A DNA stretch of 47,161 bases from Nemertoderma westbladi. Lineage: Eukaryota; Animalia; Xenacoelomorpha. The notes under the pieces are model-generated. The model saw only the letters and a list, made by a program, of their open reading frames with translations, did no database searches and was not told the DNA's origin. The translations under genes and the position numbers were made by a program. The first letter of the stretch is position 1; every line of letters begins with the position of its first letter. Below, piece by piece: positions 25,463 to 39,408 of the stretch. The DNA lies in assembly GCA_032718475.1 (NCBI GenBank), contig JAUCBJ010005610.1, positions 1 to 47,161 on the forward strand. Direction: 5' to 3'.

Positions 25463-27294
25463 TATTTAGATCGATTCTAAATACCCCCTTATGTATTGAC
25501 GTATTGTACACTATGTAATGTATGTATACTAACCCCACTATGTCAACTAACCCCACTGTGTATTGTACAATAACCCCACTATGTCCACTGACCCCTCTAT
25601 GCCACTACGTACGTCGTACACTAACCCATCTCTGTATTCTGCCCATGAACGTTGAGCACTCCTGTTGACACTATTGACTGATTATAACTCCAAGGTTAGT
25701 TTTCTCTTTACGCGGTGCTTATTGCTACAGCTCTTAAGTCTCCGTCTGCCTGTAGACGTCTTTTAGTATTATAGGTATTAGATAGCCTTGATATCTGCGC
25801 TATTTTTCTGTCGGTCGAGTTGTCTGATCATTCAATCCTTAATTAAAATAATCTTGGCAGACACCAGTCTTCCGCTAGAGTGCGAGATCAAGAGAGCTGC
25901 GAGTGCGCTAGCTGAGTGCTGCTTAGTGATGCGTGAATGCAGCGTACGTGGTATTTCTATACGCTTATAGATTATCATTATATTTTTCATGTGAAATGTA
26001 AAACTGTACATTTCACTAATCATCATATTTTATTGGCTGGTTTATGTCATCATTCATTAAATGCGTCACTTTGTTTGTTCGTTAACAGTAAGAGGTCGTC
26101 GGTTGTATTATGTTTACCCTCGAATACCTATGGGAATTTACCCAGAATGGCTTATCCCCAATTTTTGGTGCTGACACAATGCAACCTCTCAGGGATCGAT
26201 TTAGACCATTAGAACATGATTTGAGTGTTATTTTGTACTCAAGTCAAATGGTGACACTTGGTCAACCTTGGATACTTGGTGATACTTGGTACCCACACTA
26301 AATTGATGATTGGGGATTCATATGATGTAGGATCTTTACAATAGGACTACCAGAAATTAGTCATCATCGCCATTGATTTACCAACACGTCATTCAATTAA
26401 TTTATATTATGTAACGCAAAATTTAATAATCGTCTGGTAAATATTACATAAAGCAGGATTAATTTTCGTTATAAGTATCACGCTGTTGGGCTGATGGTTA
26501 CATTCTTACATTCGTTCAACTCGTACTTTCAAAATATTTGATTAATATAATGGATTATTAAATTTAATCATATTATTTTGAATTATTAAGTTTTGGGTTT
26601 TACATTGTTTATTTAAAATAATGCTAACCCGACTAATATATATTAAGTAAATCACTATCTTTGATAAAAAAATTTTTCGAATTCAGAAACGTATCTTATG
26701 TGGTTTCTCTATGGAGAAATAAATATTAAGCTAATATTACTAAATCATTTCTTAAGTATTGTGTTTAATATCAATGTATTAACACCAAACAATGGTATAC
26801 CTGCATGTTTTATTGGCGCCTACCCTACAGTACAACCCTACCTTCTAAATTCTTGGCCTAGTCCGTTTTGTAGTTTGCGGCCGGGTCATTGTATGAATGT
26901 ACGTGTATCTTTCAAATATATGTGTTTAATGTATAATTCAGTATAATGTATATTGCTTTAACAGCTAACCATTCCAGCCGGTCAGTCCATTCAACCCTGC
27001 CCACACAGCAAGCCTACCCGTTACACATGGATCCCGGATCCTGTCTGACTTCCGGATCCATGATCCCAAGTAACATAAGACATCCAGATGCTAAAGCACA
27101 CCATCCTTAGAGCTTATGCTCATACCATGTGACACATTTACTGTCGAAGTTAACTATCAAATTTGTAGTCTTACACACATACAGACAGGCAGACTGGAGG
27201 TTGGACCCGTTTGACCCGAACTATAATCTGTTTGTAGGGGTCACTTTTTACCTCATGGCTCGCTCCACAATAATAATTATTTGATTTGTTTTAG

Positions 27295-27401
27295 GTCCCG
27301 TTGCCAGTAAAATATCCAAGGCTGCAAGTCTAGAGCAATTGGACGAGGTTAGAAAGAAGCCATCTAGCGGCGGAGGATGGCATCCCTTCTCCCGTATGAA
27401 G
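27295..27401 (+). CDS. Candidate exon, phase 1-0 (GPVASKISKAASLEQLDEVRKKPSSGGGWHPFSRMK)
   Basis: TTTGTTTTAG acceptor and AAG|GTGAGT donor. GC-richer than flanks and open in the frame inherited from 24017. Confidence 0.7.
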
Positions 27402-28069
27402 GTGAGTGAGTGGATTGGGCTATTTTGTTGTTCAGAATGTAGGTCAATAAAAATAATTTCCAAAAAAGCATTCGGTGGCCTAAATTAATTACAGTAACTT
27501 ATTTCCGTATCAATATCATTTCGTACCTAATTGAAGTTAATTAATTGACTTTCCAATGGTACCGGTACCATAAACTCTCGTTTTCTTGGGATTTCGTGTT
27601 TTAAACAAGTAAACGTATTCATTAAATTAAAACGATTAAATTAACGCCTATTCTCAATCAACGGAGTAAAGTCAAACCTTGCCGAAATAATAAAAATTTA
27701 AATAGTAATAATATAATAAAATACTTGTGAGAGCCAAAGAGTTCAGCTACATGGCCTACACTTTAACACTTCATTTTTTTTACACTATCATATTAAATAT
27801 ACCGTGCGAGCTCTTTAAGCTTAACCTAGCAATTCCCTACTGTAAGAAATGTCAAATGTACATTCGCCAAATGTCAATATGTGCACGATCTCGTCGGATT
27901 CCGATTGGCCCACACCCGCCCAGGTGTGTCCGCTTGGTTCTTCAGCAGTAAACCAACTTGGTCAGGTCAGATCCAAACATTCACAGGAGACCACCACATG
28001 GCGCGCTATATGATATGAAGTACCGTGCAGACAGTGATGTTGGACTATCATCATTATCTGTGGCACTGT

Positions 28070-28728
28070 GGGACATGCTGCGGACTCACACTCTACTAGG
28101 GACATGCTGCGAACACACACTCTACTAGGGATATGCTGCGGACACACCCTCTACTAGGGACATGCTGCGGACACACACTCTACTAGGGACATGCTGCGGA
28201 CACACTCTACTAGGGACATGCTGCGGACACACCCTCTAGGGATATGCTGCGGACACACACTCTACTAGGGACATGCTGCGGACACACCTTCTACTAGGGA
28301 CATGCTGCGGACACACCCTCTACTAGGAACATGCTGCGGACACACACTCTACTAGTGACATGCTGCGGACACACCCTCTACTAGGGACATGCTGCGGACA
28401 CACCCTCTACTAGGGACATGCTGCGGACACACACTCTACTAGGGACATGCTGCGGACACACCCTCTACTAGGGACATGCTGCGGACACACCCTCTACTAG
28501 GGACATGCTGCGGACACACCCTCTACTAGGGACATGCTGCGGACACACTCTCTACTAGGGACATGCTGCGGACACACACTCTACTAGGGACATGCTGCGG
28601 ACACACCCTCTACTAGGGACATGCTGCGGACACACCCTCTACTAGGGACATGCTGCGGACACACCCTCTACTAGGGACATGCTGCGGACACACCCTCTAC
28701 TAGGGACATGCTGGGACACACCCTCTAC
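28070..28728. repeat. 29-bp minisatellite (CTCTACTAGGGACATGCTGCGGACACACM), about 22 copies
   Basis: Direct inspection shows highly homogeneous units. Confidence 0.97.
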
Positions 28729-29403
28729 ACTCTCCTCAACCCGTGACATAATTTATGAAGCGGATCGCCTCTCATCCGGTATCAAAATACTAATGATTGC
28801 TTTAAATTTCTTAAGTTTAATTTTTTTATACTTCCTCCATGCGTTAATGAAGGATCAGTTAAAGGTTTGTTCATTACCTACCCTACCCTCTCACTGTGTA
28901 TATAACTGTCAGCGAAAGCATGTTACGCACTCACCACACTTTCCTTGGTTAAAGTATATCGTTTTGGCAAGGCACTACTAAATATGTATAAAGTATGATA
29001 CACTTTAGGAAGGGCATGGCATGAGTTTATTTTTTATATTTATCATAATATGCTATAATATTAATTTATCACTGTAACAAAAATGGGCTACCAGATTTGC
29101 AATACCATACCGGTAGAGTCCGAATTAGTAGCCACTTATTGTTAGCAATATATTATATTGGTTGGGGACAGACCAGACATATGGTATAGAGGTGTAGTAG
29201 ATGTATGTGGTGAAGATATAGATGAAGTTATTTAGAGATTGGAGGAAGATGGTGGTGAAGGTATAGTAGATTTAAGTAGAGTAGTATAGTAGAAGGTATA
29301 GTATTTGTGAAGCTGAAGATGAACTGATGCCCGTATTCGGGTGTAAATTACCGCCCGCAAAATTTGACCGGTTAAATATGTAAGAATGTCGTCTGTCAAT
29401 ATA

Positions 29404-31276
29404 CAGGGTGTTCCACAAAATTTGACACGTTTTTGTTTTTTAATAACTTTGCGCGATCTCAACCTAATTTCCTAGTTTTGGTGGCAATTTGAAGCCAAAA
29501 GATAAACTTAAACTTTGGTTTGGGTATGGAATATTTTAGTTGCTATGGTAACATACATTATTCACACTAACACTTCTTCTGAAAAATAGTATGAAATGTT
29601 CTCAGATAATTTATGAGGGAGATGTTGAATATAAGACAAATTTTAAATATTGATCTAAATTAAGTATTAGTGAAGTCATAATAACAATCTAAATTTATTT
29701 ATTCTAGACAACATCATCACTATCTGTAGCTTTAAGTGTGTTTTAATTGTGCATTTGTTACATATTGGTACATGTGTTGCATATTGGTTGTCTACTGTTA
29801 TTGATGTCTTCATGGTTAGGCCTACAGTTACTACATAATTACAGCATATAAACTTTTTTGGTTACATTTAGATGTCAATAACTAATATGTTTTCTGGAGA
29901 TCAGAAAGTTTTCATCATAAGTAAGTTTTTTGAGCTGAAATCTGCAAAACTTGTATCACTACAGTATTCCCATAAATATCCTGGAGAAAGGCGACCTGAC
30001 CTACAAGGAAAGACATATCTAGGATTGTCATTAAATTTCGAAACAAAAAAACGCTTTTGCGTAAGAAAGGTTCCGGTAGACTGCCCCTTAGTGAAAATGT
30101 TGTTAATAATATTGGCCAATATTTAACCGCACACCCAGAAACCTCATTACGTAGAGCATCATTGGCTCTAAATGTTAGTCTTGGATGTTTGCATAGGACT
30201 GCAAAGAATCTCCACTTTAGAGCTTACAAACTCCAAGTCGTTCATGGACTACAATCCTAAGATTATTCAACACGAGTAGAAGCCGCTTCTAAAATAGCAG
30301 AGTACCTCCATGATAAGGACCTGAGTAACGTGTTCTTCAGCGACGAGGCAACTTTTCATATCAACGGCCAAGTAAACAGATGGAATTGTAGGATTTGGGG
30401 AAAGGAGAATCCTCATTAAATTGTAGAAAGTTTAGGGATAGGCCTACCCCAAAGGTTACAGTGTGGGCTGCGATGTCCGAAACCAAACTAATTGGCCCCT
30501 ATTTCTTCCACCATTCTACTGTAAACAGCTTCTCTTACCTAGACTTGCTAAAGGACTACTTTGTTCCCCAGTTATAAAATCTCTCCACGACAATCTTCCA
30601 ACAAGACGGTGCACCACCCCACTGGGGCTTATTGGTAAGAGAGTTTCTCAATGAAAACTTTCAGGGACGATGGATCAGTCGAGATGCTCCTGTAAAGTGG
30701 CCGCCACGATCCCGCTACCAGACATGACTCCCTTCGATTTTAGTCTATGGGGGCATGTGAAGAATCTAGTGTACGTCCAGAATCTTCAAAATGTTGAGGA
30801 ACTGAAGACGGCAATTCGGGATGCCTTTAGTTCATTGTCCCAGGATTACTTCGCTAATTGCTTCAAGGAGATGCGCAGAAGACCGGATCACGTCCAGCAT
30901 ATTGGAGGAGGACATATTGAAGTGTATTAGTAGTAAATTATTATAATTAATTAAATTAAATTAGTATAAAGTAGTAGTAAACTAATTGTAAACTTACCCA
31001 ATATTAAACTATTTTAGCCCACTACCTATATGTTTCATTATTTCACTAATATGTGCAGTTTTATACCTTTATATTTATAGTAAAATTAAGTGGATAATCA
31101 AACTCTTGTTTTATATAGCAACATTAAGTTTCCATAGCAACTAAAACATGCCATACCCAAACCAAAGTTTAAGTTTATCTTTCGGCTTCCGATTGCCACC
31201 AAAACTAGGAAATTAGGTTGAGATCGCGCAAAGTTATTAAAAAACAAAAACATGTCATATTTTGTGGAACACCCTG
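29404..31276 (+). mobile_element. Tc1/mariner DD41D (rosa-type) transposon, full length with decayed transposase (~29887-30930)
   Basis: TA|CAGGGTGTTCCACAAAA ... TTTTGTGGAACACCCTG|TA with ~148-bp TIRs. Motifs FSDEATFH, NCRIWG.ENP, FQQDGAPPH, WPPRS/PDMTPFDFSLWG. There are 41 residues between the second and third catalytic Asp after removing a 5-nt insertion. Several stops and frameshifts. Confidence 0.93.
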
Positions 31277-31278
31277 TA

Positions 31279-31650
31279 TATACCAACACGAAACCACAAA
31301 ACCATGCTAAGATTTTTGCTAGGGGAGTTTTCCTGGTCGCTGATTTCATTTCTGAGGTCAGAATTCACGTTTAATGAAATCTAGTTAGTCTGTTTATCTG
31401 TAGTTATAGGGGTTTGGTTTTCCTGGTCGCAGAATTAATTTTTAGTGTTCGATTTAACATTTGATGACTTCCAAATTGTCTGTTTCAATGCTGTCATATT
31501 TTAGCGGACAGACTGACAGGCATACAGACAGAAAAGACAAGGCCAAATTTTAATATTACATCAGAAATGAAGTCACGTACGAAGAGCACCCATATAGGGA
31601 ATTTTTTATTCTGACGGACAGGATGACAGTCATACGGACAGACAGCCATA
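31279..31650. mobile_element. HINE/DINE-like interspersed repeat fragment
   Basis: Repeated GGGG..TTTCCTGGTCGCWGA cores and GACAGACAG microsatellite tracts. Confidence 0.35.
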
Positions 31651-32720
31651 TCACGATATCCCCCTTAACGACACCATTGAACCAAAGGCTTAATGACGCG
31701 AAACCCTATAGGTTTTTGGTTTCTTCCGTGTCAGGCAGGTAACTCTCCATGAAATAAAACAACTGAAGGATCTTGTTATATGCAATGCACAATAATTAAT
31801 CACTGTTAAAAACAATTGAATGCAATCGCCTGATTTACTCGGTTTAGAACCCATAAATCTGCCCTACAGTATTATATTATGACCTATTACTCATCGTGTT
31901 GCTGGGTTTGACCCGAAAATTTAGCTTATTTTCTATGAATAGTTAGTTATATTATCTCGACACTCCCAACGTGTACAGAATATGTGAGGAGGGATGTTCT
32001 TATCTCAACAATTTAAAAATTTAGTTTTCGATTAGTTTTAAAGAGCAGCGCATTCCAAGGCCCCTTTGTAAAACTGAATCTCGAGCCTCCGAGAGTGTAG
32101 AGACTATGGTGTGACGTGGTGTTGTGATGTGACAGCAAACAACCTGTGTCGCTGTGTCGCTATGTGGTTCCTAATTATTAGGATCAACCCGCGCAACTCA
32201 TCAGATTTGTCGCCATCGAAAACAAACACACTTCTTCCCAAAAAAATGGCCCCAACGAAGGTTGATAATAACCCACTCCCTCCCATCTACGCGATCGATA
32301 TCATGGTTTGATTATAGAATTAACTTGCCGTTACCTCACCCATTCCTCTTAGTATCTGTCTCTACATACACAAGTAAGCTTGAATTAACACTGTTTTATC
32401 TGCATTGCCCACTATTATATTCCTATTGATTGCCATCTGGCGTTGCTTGCTGGTTCGTTTAGGGATTCCTATTTACCGTAATTTCCACGACTCTAGTTGG
32501 CTTTTATCCAATGCCGCCTAATTATGTGAAACTGAATCGAATTATTTGGGTTATTTATTTATTGTTAGGTACCGGTATAGGAATATATAGTTTACAGAGT
32601 GTTGCCTTTGTTTTAATTTGCTTTTACTTTACATAATATACGTTATACTACTAGTTATTTGTATAAAGTATATATTAAACTAAACAAAACATTATAAATT
32701 GTATATATAAACAAAAAACA

Positions 32721-35700
32721 GTTCTCATGTTGGTAGTAGTACGTTCCTCTACTGGGTGTTCTCATGTTGGTAATAGTACGTTTCTCTACTGGTCGTTCTC
32801 ATGTTGGTAGTAGTACGTTTCTCTATTGGGCGTTCTCACATTGGTAGTAGGACGTTTCTCTACTGGGCGTTCTCATGTTGGTAGTAGTACGTTTCTCTAC
32901 TGGGCGTTCTCATGTTGGTAGTAGTACGTTTCTCTACTGGGCGTTCTCATGTTGGTAGTAGTACGTTTCTGTACTGGTCGTTCTCACATTGGTAGTAGGG
33001 CGTTTCTCTATTGGGCGTTCTCATGTTGGTAGTAGTACGTTCCTCTACTGGGCGTTCTCACATTGGTAGTAGGACGTTTCTCTATTGGGCGTTCTCATGT
33101 TGGTAGTATTACATTTCTCTACTGGGCGTTCTCACATTGGTAGTAGTACGTTTCTCTACTGGGCGTTCTCATGTTGGTAGTAGTACGTTTGTCTACTGGG
33201 CGTTCTCACATTGGTAGTACTGTAGTACGTTTCTCTACTAGGCGTTCTCATGTTGGTAGTAGTACGTTTCTCTACTGGTCGTTCTCATGTTGGTAGTAGG
33301 ACGTTCCTCTACTGGGCGTTCTCACATTGGTAGTAGTACGTTTATCTACTGGGCGTTCTCATGTTGTTAGTATTACGTTTCTCTACTGGGCGTTCTCACA
33401 TTGGTAGTAGTACGTTTCTCTACTGGGCGTTCTCATGTTGGTAGTAGTACGTTTCTCTACTGGGTGTTCTCATGTTGGTAGTAGTACGTTTCTCTACTGG
33501 GCGTTCTCATGTTGGTAGTAGTACGTTTCTCTACTGGGCGTTCTCACATTGGTAGTAGTACGTTCCTCTACTGGGCGTTCTCATGTTGGTAGTAGTACGT
33601 TTCTCTACTGGGCGTTCTCATGTTGGTAGTAGTACGTTTCTCTACTGGGCGTTCTCATGTTGGTAGTAGTACGTTCCTCTACTGGGTGTTCTCATGTTGG
33701 TAGTAGGACGTTTCTCTACTGGACGTTCTCACATTGGTAGTAGGACGTTTCTCTACTGGGCGTTCTCATGTTGGTAGTAGTACGTTCCTCTTCTGGGCGT
33801 TCTCACATTGGTAGTAGTACGTTTCTCTACTGGGCGTTCTCATGTTGGTAGTAGTACGTTCCTCTTCTGGGCGTTCTCACATTGGTTGTAGTACGTTTCT
33901 CTACAGGGCGTTCTCATGTTGGTAGTAGTACGTTTCTCTACTGGGCGTTCTCACATTGGTTGTAGCACGTTCCTCTACTGGGCGTTCTCACATTGGGTGT
34001 AGTACGTTCCTCTACAGGGTGTTCTCATGTTGGTAGTAGTATGTTTCTCTACTGGGCGTTCTCACATTGGTAGTAGGACGTTTCTCTACTGAGCGTTCTC
34101 ATGTTGGTAGTAGTGCGTTCCTCTACAGGGCGTTCTCATGTTGGTAGTTGTACGTTTCTCTACTGGGCGTTCTCACATTGGTTGTAGTACGTTCCTCAAC
34201 AGGGCGTTATCATGTTGGTTACAGTAGTACGTTTCTCCACTGGGCGTTTTCATGTTGGTGGTAGGACGTTTCGCTACAGGGCGTTCTAATGTTGGTAGTA
34301 GTACGTTTCTCTACTGGGCGTTCTCACATTGGTAGTAGTACGTTTCTCTTCTGGGCGTTCTCATGTTGGTAGTAGTACGTTCCTCTTCTGGGCGTTCTCA
34401 TGTTGGTAGTAGCACGCTGCTCTACAGGGCGTTCTCATGTTGGTAGTAGTACGTTTCTCTACTGGGCGTTCTCATTTTGGTAGTAGGACGTTTCTCTACT
34501 GGGCGTTCTAATGTTGGTAGTATTACGTTTCTCTACTGGGTGTTCTCATGTTGGTACTAATACGTTTCTCTACTGGGCGTTCTCATGTTGGTAATAGTAC
34601 GTTTCTCTACTGGGCGTTCTAATGTTGGTAGTAGCACGCTGCTCTACAGGGCGTTCTCATGTTGGTAGTAGTACGTTTCTCTACTGGGCGTTCTCATTTT
34701 GGTAGTAGCACGCTGCTCTACAGGGCGTTCTCATGTTAGTAGTAGTACGTTTCTCTACTGGGCGTTCTCATTTTGGTAGTAGGACGTTTCTCTACTGGGT
34801 GTTCTAATGTTGGTAGTATTACGTTTCTCTACTGGGCGTTCTAATGTTGGTAGTAATACGTTTCTCTACCGAGCGTTCTCGTGTTGGTAGTAGTACGTTC
34901 CTCTACTGGGCGTTCTCATGTTGGTAGTAGCACGCTGCTCTACAGGGCGTTCTCATGTTGGTAATAGTACGTTTCTCTACCGAGCGTTCTCGTGTTGGTA
35001 GTAGTACGTTCCTCTACTGGGCGTTCTCATGTTGGTATTAGCACGCTGCTCTACAGGGCGTTCTCGTGTTGGTAGTAGTACGTTCCTCTACTGGGCGTTC
35101 TCATGTTGGTAGTAGTACGTTTCTCTACTGGGCGTTCTCATTTTGGTAGTAGGACGTTTCTCTACTGGGCGTTCTAATGTTGGTAGTATTACGTTTCTCT
35201 ACTGGGTGTTCTCATGTTGGTACTAATACGTTTCTCTACTGGGCGTTCTCATGTTGGTAATAGTATGTTTCTCTACTGGGCGTTCTAATGTTGGTAGTAG
35301 CACGCTGCTCTACAGGGCGTTCTCATGTTGGTAATAGTACGTTTCTCTACCGAGCGTTCTCGTGTTGGTAGTAGTACGTTCCTCTACTGGGCGTTCTCAT
35401 GTTGGTAGTAGCACGCTGCTCTACAGGGCGTTCTCATGTTGGTAGTAGTACGTTTCTCTACTGGGCGTTCTCATTTTGGTAGTAGTACGTTCCTCTTCTG
35501 GGCGTTCTCACATTGGTAGTAGTACGTTTCTCTATTGGGCGTTCTCATGTTGGTAGTAGTACGTTTCTCTACTGGGCGTTCTCATATTGGTAGTAGGACG
35601 TTCCTCTACTGGGCGTTCTCATGTTGGTAGTTGTACGTTTCTCTACTGGGCGTTCTCACATTGGTAGTAGGACGTTTCTCTACTGGGCGTTCTAATGTTG

Positions 35701-38700
35701 GTAGTATTACGTTTCTCTACTGGGTGTTCTCATGTTGGTACTAATACGTTTCTCTACTGGGCGTTCTCATGTTGGTAATAGTACGTTTCTCTACTGGGCG
35801 TTCTAATGTTGGTAGTAGCACGCTGCTCTACAGGGCGTTCTCATGTTGGTAGTAGTACGTTTCTCTACTGGGCGTTCTCATTTTGGTAGTAGCACGCTGC
35901 TCTACAGGGCGTTCTCATGTTGGTAGTAGTACGTTTCTCTACTGGGCGTTCTCATTTTGGTAGTAGGACGTTTCTCTACTGGGTGTTCTAATGTTGGTAG
36001 TATTACGTTTCTCTACTGGGCGTTCTAATGTTGGTAGTAGCACGCTGCTCTACAGGGCGTTCTCATGTTGGTAGTAGTACGTTTCTCTACTGGGCGTTCT
36101 CATTTTGGTAGTAGCACGCTGCTCTACAGGGCGTTCTCATGTTGGTAGTAGTACGTTTCTCTACTGGGCGTTCTCATTTTGGTAGTAGGACGTTTCTCTA
36201 CTGGGTGTTCTAATGTTGGTAGTATTACGTTTCTCTACTGGGTGTTCTCGTGTTGGTAGTAGTACGTTTCTCTACTGGGCGTTCTCACATTGGTAGTAGG
36301 GCGTTTCTCTACTGGGCGTTCTCATGTTGGTAGTAGTACGTTTCTGTACTGGGCGTTCTCATTTTGGTAGTAGGACGTTTCTCTACTGGGCGTTCTCATG
36401 TTGGTAATAGTACGTTTCTCTACCGAGCGTTCTCGTGTTGGTAGTAGTACGTTCCTCTACTGGGCGTTCTCATGTTGGTAGTAGCACGCTGCTCTACAGG
36501 GCGTTCTCATGTTGTTAGTATTACGTTTCTCTACTGGGCGTTCTCACATTGGTAGTAGTACGTTTCTCTACTGGGCGTTCTAATGTTGGTAGTATTACGT
36601 TTCTCTACTGGGCGTTCTCATGTTGGTACTAATACGTTTCTCTACTGGGCGTTCTCATGTTGGTAATAGTACGTTTCTCTACTGGTCGTTCTCATGTTGG
36701 TAGTAGTACGTTTCTCTACTGGGCGTTCTCATTTTGGTAGTAGGACGTTTCTCTACTGGGCGTTCTAATGTTGGTAGTATTACGTTTCTCTACTGGGTGT
36801 TCTCATGTTGGTACTAATACGTTTATCTACTGGGCATTCTCATGTTGGTAATAGTACGTTTCTCTACCGAGCGTTCTCGTGTTGGTAGTAGTACGTTCCT
36901 CTACTGGGCGTTCTCATTTTGGTAGTAGCACGCTGCTCTACAGGGCGTTCTCATGTTGTTAGTATTACGTTTCTCTACTGGGCGTTCTCACATTGGTAGT
37001 AGTACGTTTCTCTACTGGGCGTTCTAATGTTGGTAGTATTACGTTTCTCTACTGGGTGTTCTCATGTTGGTACTAATACGTTTCTCTACTGGGCGTTCTC
37101 ATGTTGGTAATAGTACGTTTCTCTACTGGTCGTTCTCATGTTGGTAGTAGTACGTTTCTCTACTGGGCGTTCTCATTTTGGTAGTAGGACGTTTCTCTAC
37201 TGGGCGTTCTCATGTTGGTAGTAGTGCGTTCCTCTACAGGGCGTTCTCATGTTGGTAGTTGTACGTTTCTCTACTGGGTGTTCTCATGTTGGTAGTAGGA
37301 CGTTTCTCTACTGGGCGTTCTCATGTTGGTAGTAGTACGTTTCTCTACTGGGCGTTCTCATTTTGGTAGTAGGACGTTTCTCTACTGGGCGTTCTCATGT
37401 TGGTAGTAGTGCGTTCCTCTACAGGGCGTTCTCATGTTGGTAGTTGTACGTTTCTCTACTGGGTGTTCTCATGTTGGTACTAATACGTTTCTCTACTGGG
37501 CGTTCTCATGTTGGTAATAGTACGTTTCTCTACCGAGCGTTCTCGTGTTGGTAGTAGTACGTTCCTCTACTGGGCGTTCTCATTTTGGTAGTAGCACGCT
37601 GCTCTACAGGGCGTTCTCATGTTGTTAGTATTACGTTTCTCTACTGGGCGTTCTCACATTGGTAGTAGTACGTTTCTCTACTGGGCGTTCTAATGTTGGT
37701 AGTATTACGTTTCTCTACTGGGTGTTCTCATGTTGGTACTAATACGTTTCTCTACTGGGCGTTCTCATGTTGGTAATAGTACGTTTCTCTACTGGTCGTT
37801 CTCATGTTGGTAGTAGTACGTTTCTCTACTGGGCGTTCTCATTTTGGTAGTAGGACGTTTCTCTACTGGGCGTTCTCATGTTGGTAGTAGTGCGTTCCTC
37901 TACAGGGCGTTCTAATGTTGGTAGTAGTACGTTTCTCTACTGGGTGTTCTAATGTTGGTAGTATTACGTTTCTCTACTGGGCGTTCTCATTTTGGTAGTA
38001 GGACGTTTCTCTACTGGGCGTTCTCATGTTGGTAGTAGTGCGTTCCTCTACAGGGCGTTCTAATGTTGGTAGTAGTACGTTTCTCTACTGGGCGTTCTAA
38101 TGTTGGTAGTATTACGTTTCTCTACTGGGCGTTCTCATTTTGGTAGTAGGACGTTTCTCTACTGGGCGTTCTCATGTTGGTAGTAGTGCGTTCCTCTACA
38201 GGGCGTTCTAATGTTGGTAGTAGTACGTTTCTCTACTGGGCGTTCTAATGTTGGTAGTAGTACGTTTCTCTACTGGGTGTTCTCATGTTGGTACTAATAC
38301 GTTTCTCTACTGGGCGTTCTCATGTTGGTAATAGTACGTTTCTCTACTGGTCGTTCTCATGTTGGTAGTAGTACGTTTCTCTACTGGGCGTTCTCATTTT
38401 GGTAGTAGTACGTTTCTCTACTGGGCGTTCTCATTTTGGTAGTAGGACGTTTCTCTACTGGGCGTTCTCATGTTGGTAGTAGTGCGTTCCTCTACAGGGC
38501 GTTCTCATGTTGGTACTAATACGTTTCTCTACTGGGCGTTCTCATGTTGGTAATGGTACGTCTCTCTACTGGTCGTTCTCATGTTGGTAGTAGTACGTTT
38601 CTCTACTGGGCGTTCTCATTTTGGTAGTAGTACGTTTCTCTACTGGGCGTTCTCATTTTGGTAGTAGGACGTTTCTCTACTGGGCGTTCTCATGTTGGTA

Positions 38701-39408
38701 GTAGTGCGTTCCTCTACAGGGCGTTCTCATGTTGGTAGTTGTACGTTTCTCTACTGGGCGTTCTCACATTGGTAGTAGGACGTTTCTCTACTGGGCGTTC
38801 TAATGTTGGTAGTATTACGTTTCTCTACTGGGTGTTCTCATGTTGGTACTAATACGTTTCTCTACTGGGCGTTCTCATGTTGGTAATAGTACGTTTCTCT
38901 ACTGGTCGTTCTCATGTTGGTAGTAGTACGTTTCTCTACTGGGCGTTCTCATTTTGGTAGTAGTACGTTTCTCTACTGGGCGTTCTCATTTTGGTAGTAG
39001 GACGTTTCTCTACTGGGCGTTCTCATGTTGGTAGTAGTGCGTTCCTCTACAGGGCGTTCTCATGTTGGTAGTTGTACGTTTCTCTACTGGGTGTTCTCAT
39101 GTTGGTAGTAGTACGTTTCTCTACTGGGCGTTCTCATGTTGGTAGTAGTACGTTTCTCTACTGGGCGTTCTCATGTTGGTAGTAGTACGTTTCTCTACTG
39201 GGCGTTCTCATGTTGGTAGTAGTACGTTTCTCTACTGGGCGTTCTCATGTTGGTAGTAGTACGTTTCTCTACTGGGCGTTCTCATATTGGTAGTAATACG
39301 TTTCTCTACTGGGTGTTCTAATGTTGGTAGTATTACGTTTCTCTACTGGGTGTTCTCATGTTGGTAGTAGTACGTTTCTCTATTGGGCGTTCCATGTTGG
39401 TAATAGTA
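32721..39408. repeat. 6.7-kb satellite, 37-bp unit (GTTCTCATGTTGGTAGTAGTACGTTTCTCTACTGGGC), about 180 copies
   Basis: Period of 37 (units start at 32721, 32758 and so on), with recurrent variant units in the central part. Confidence 0.98.

Noticed and set aside
25861-25943. Extra phase 1-0 exon candidate (DTSLPLECEIKRAASALAECCLVMRECS)
   Set aside because: It cannot be chained with 27295-27401 (same phases), has weaker splice signals and has no independent support for mutually exclusive splicing.
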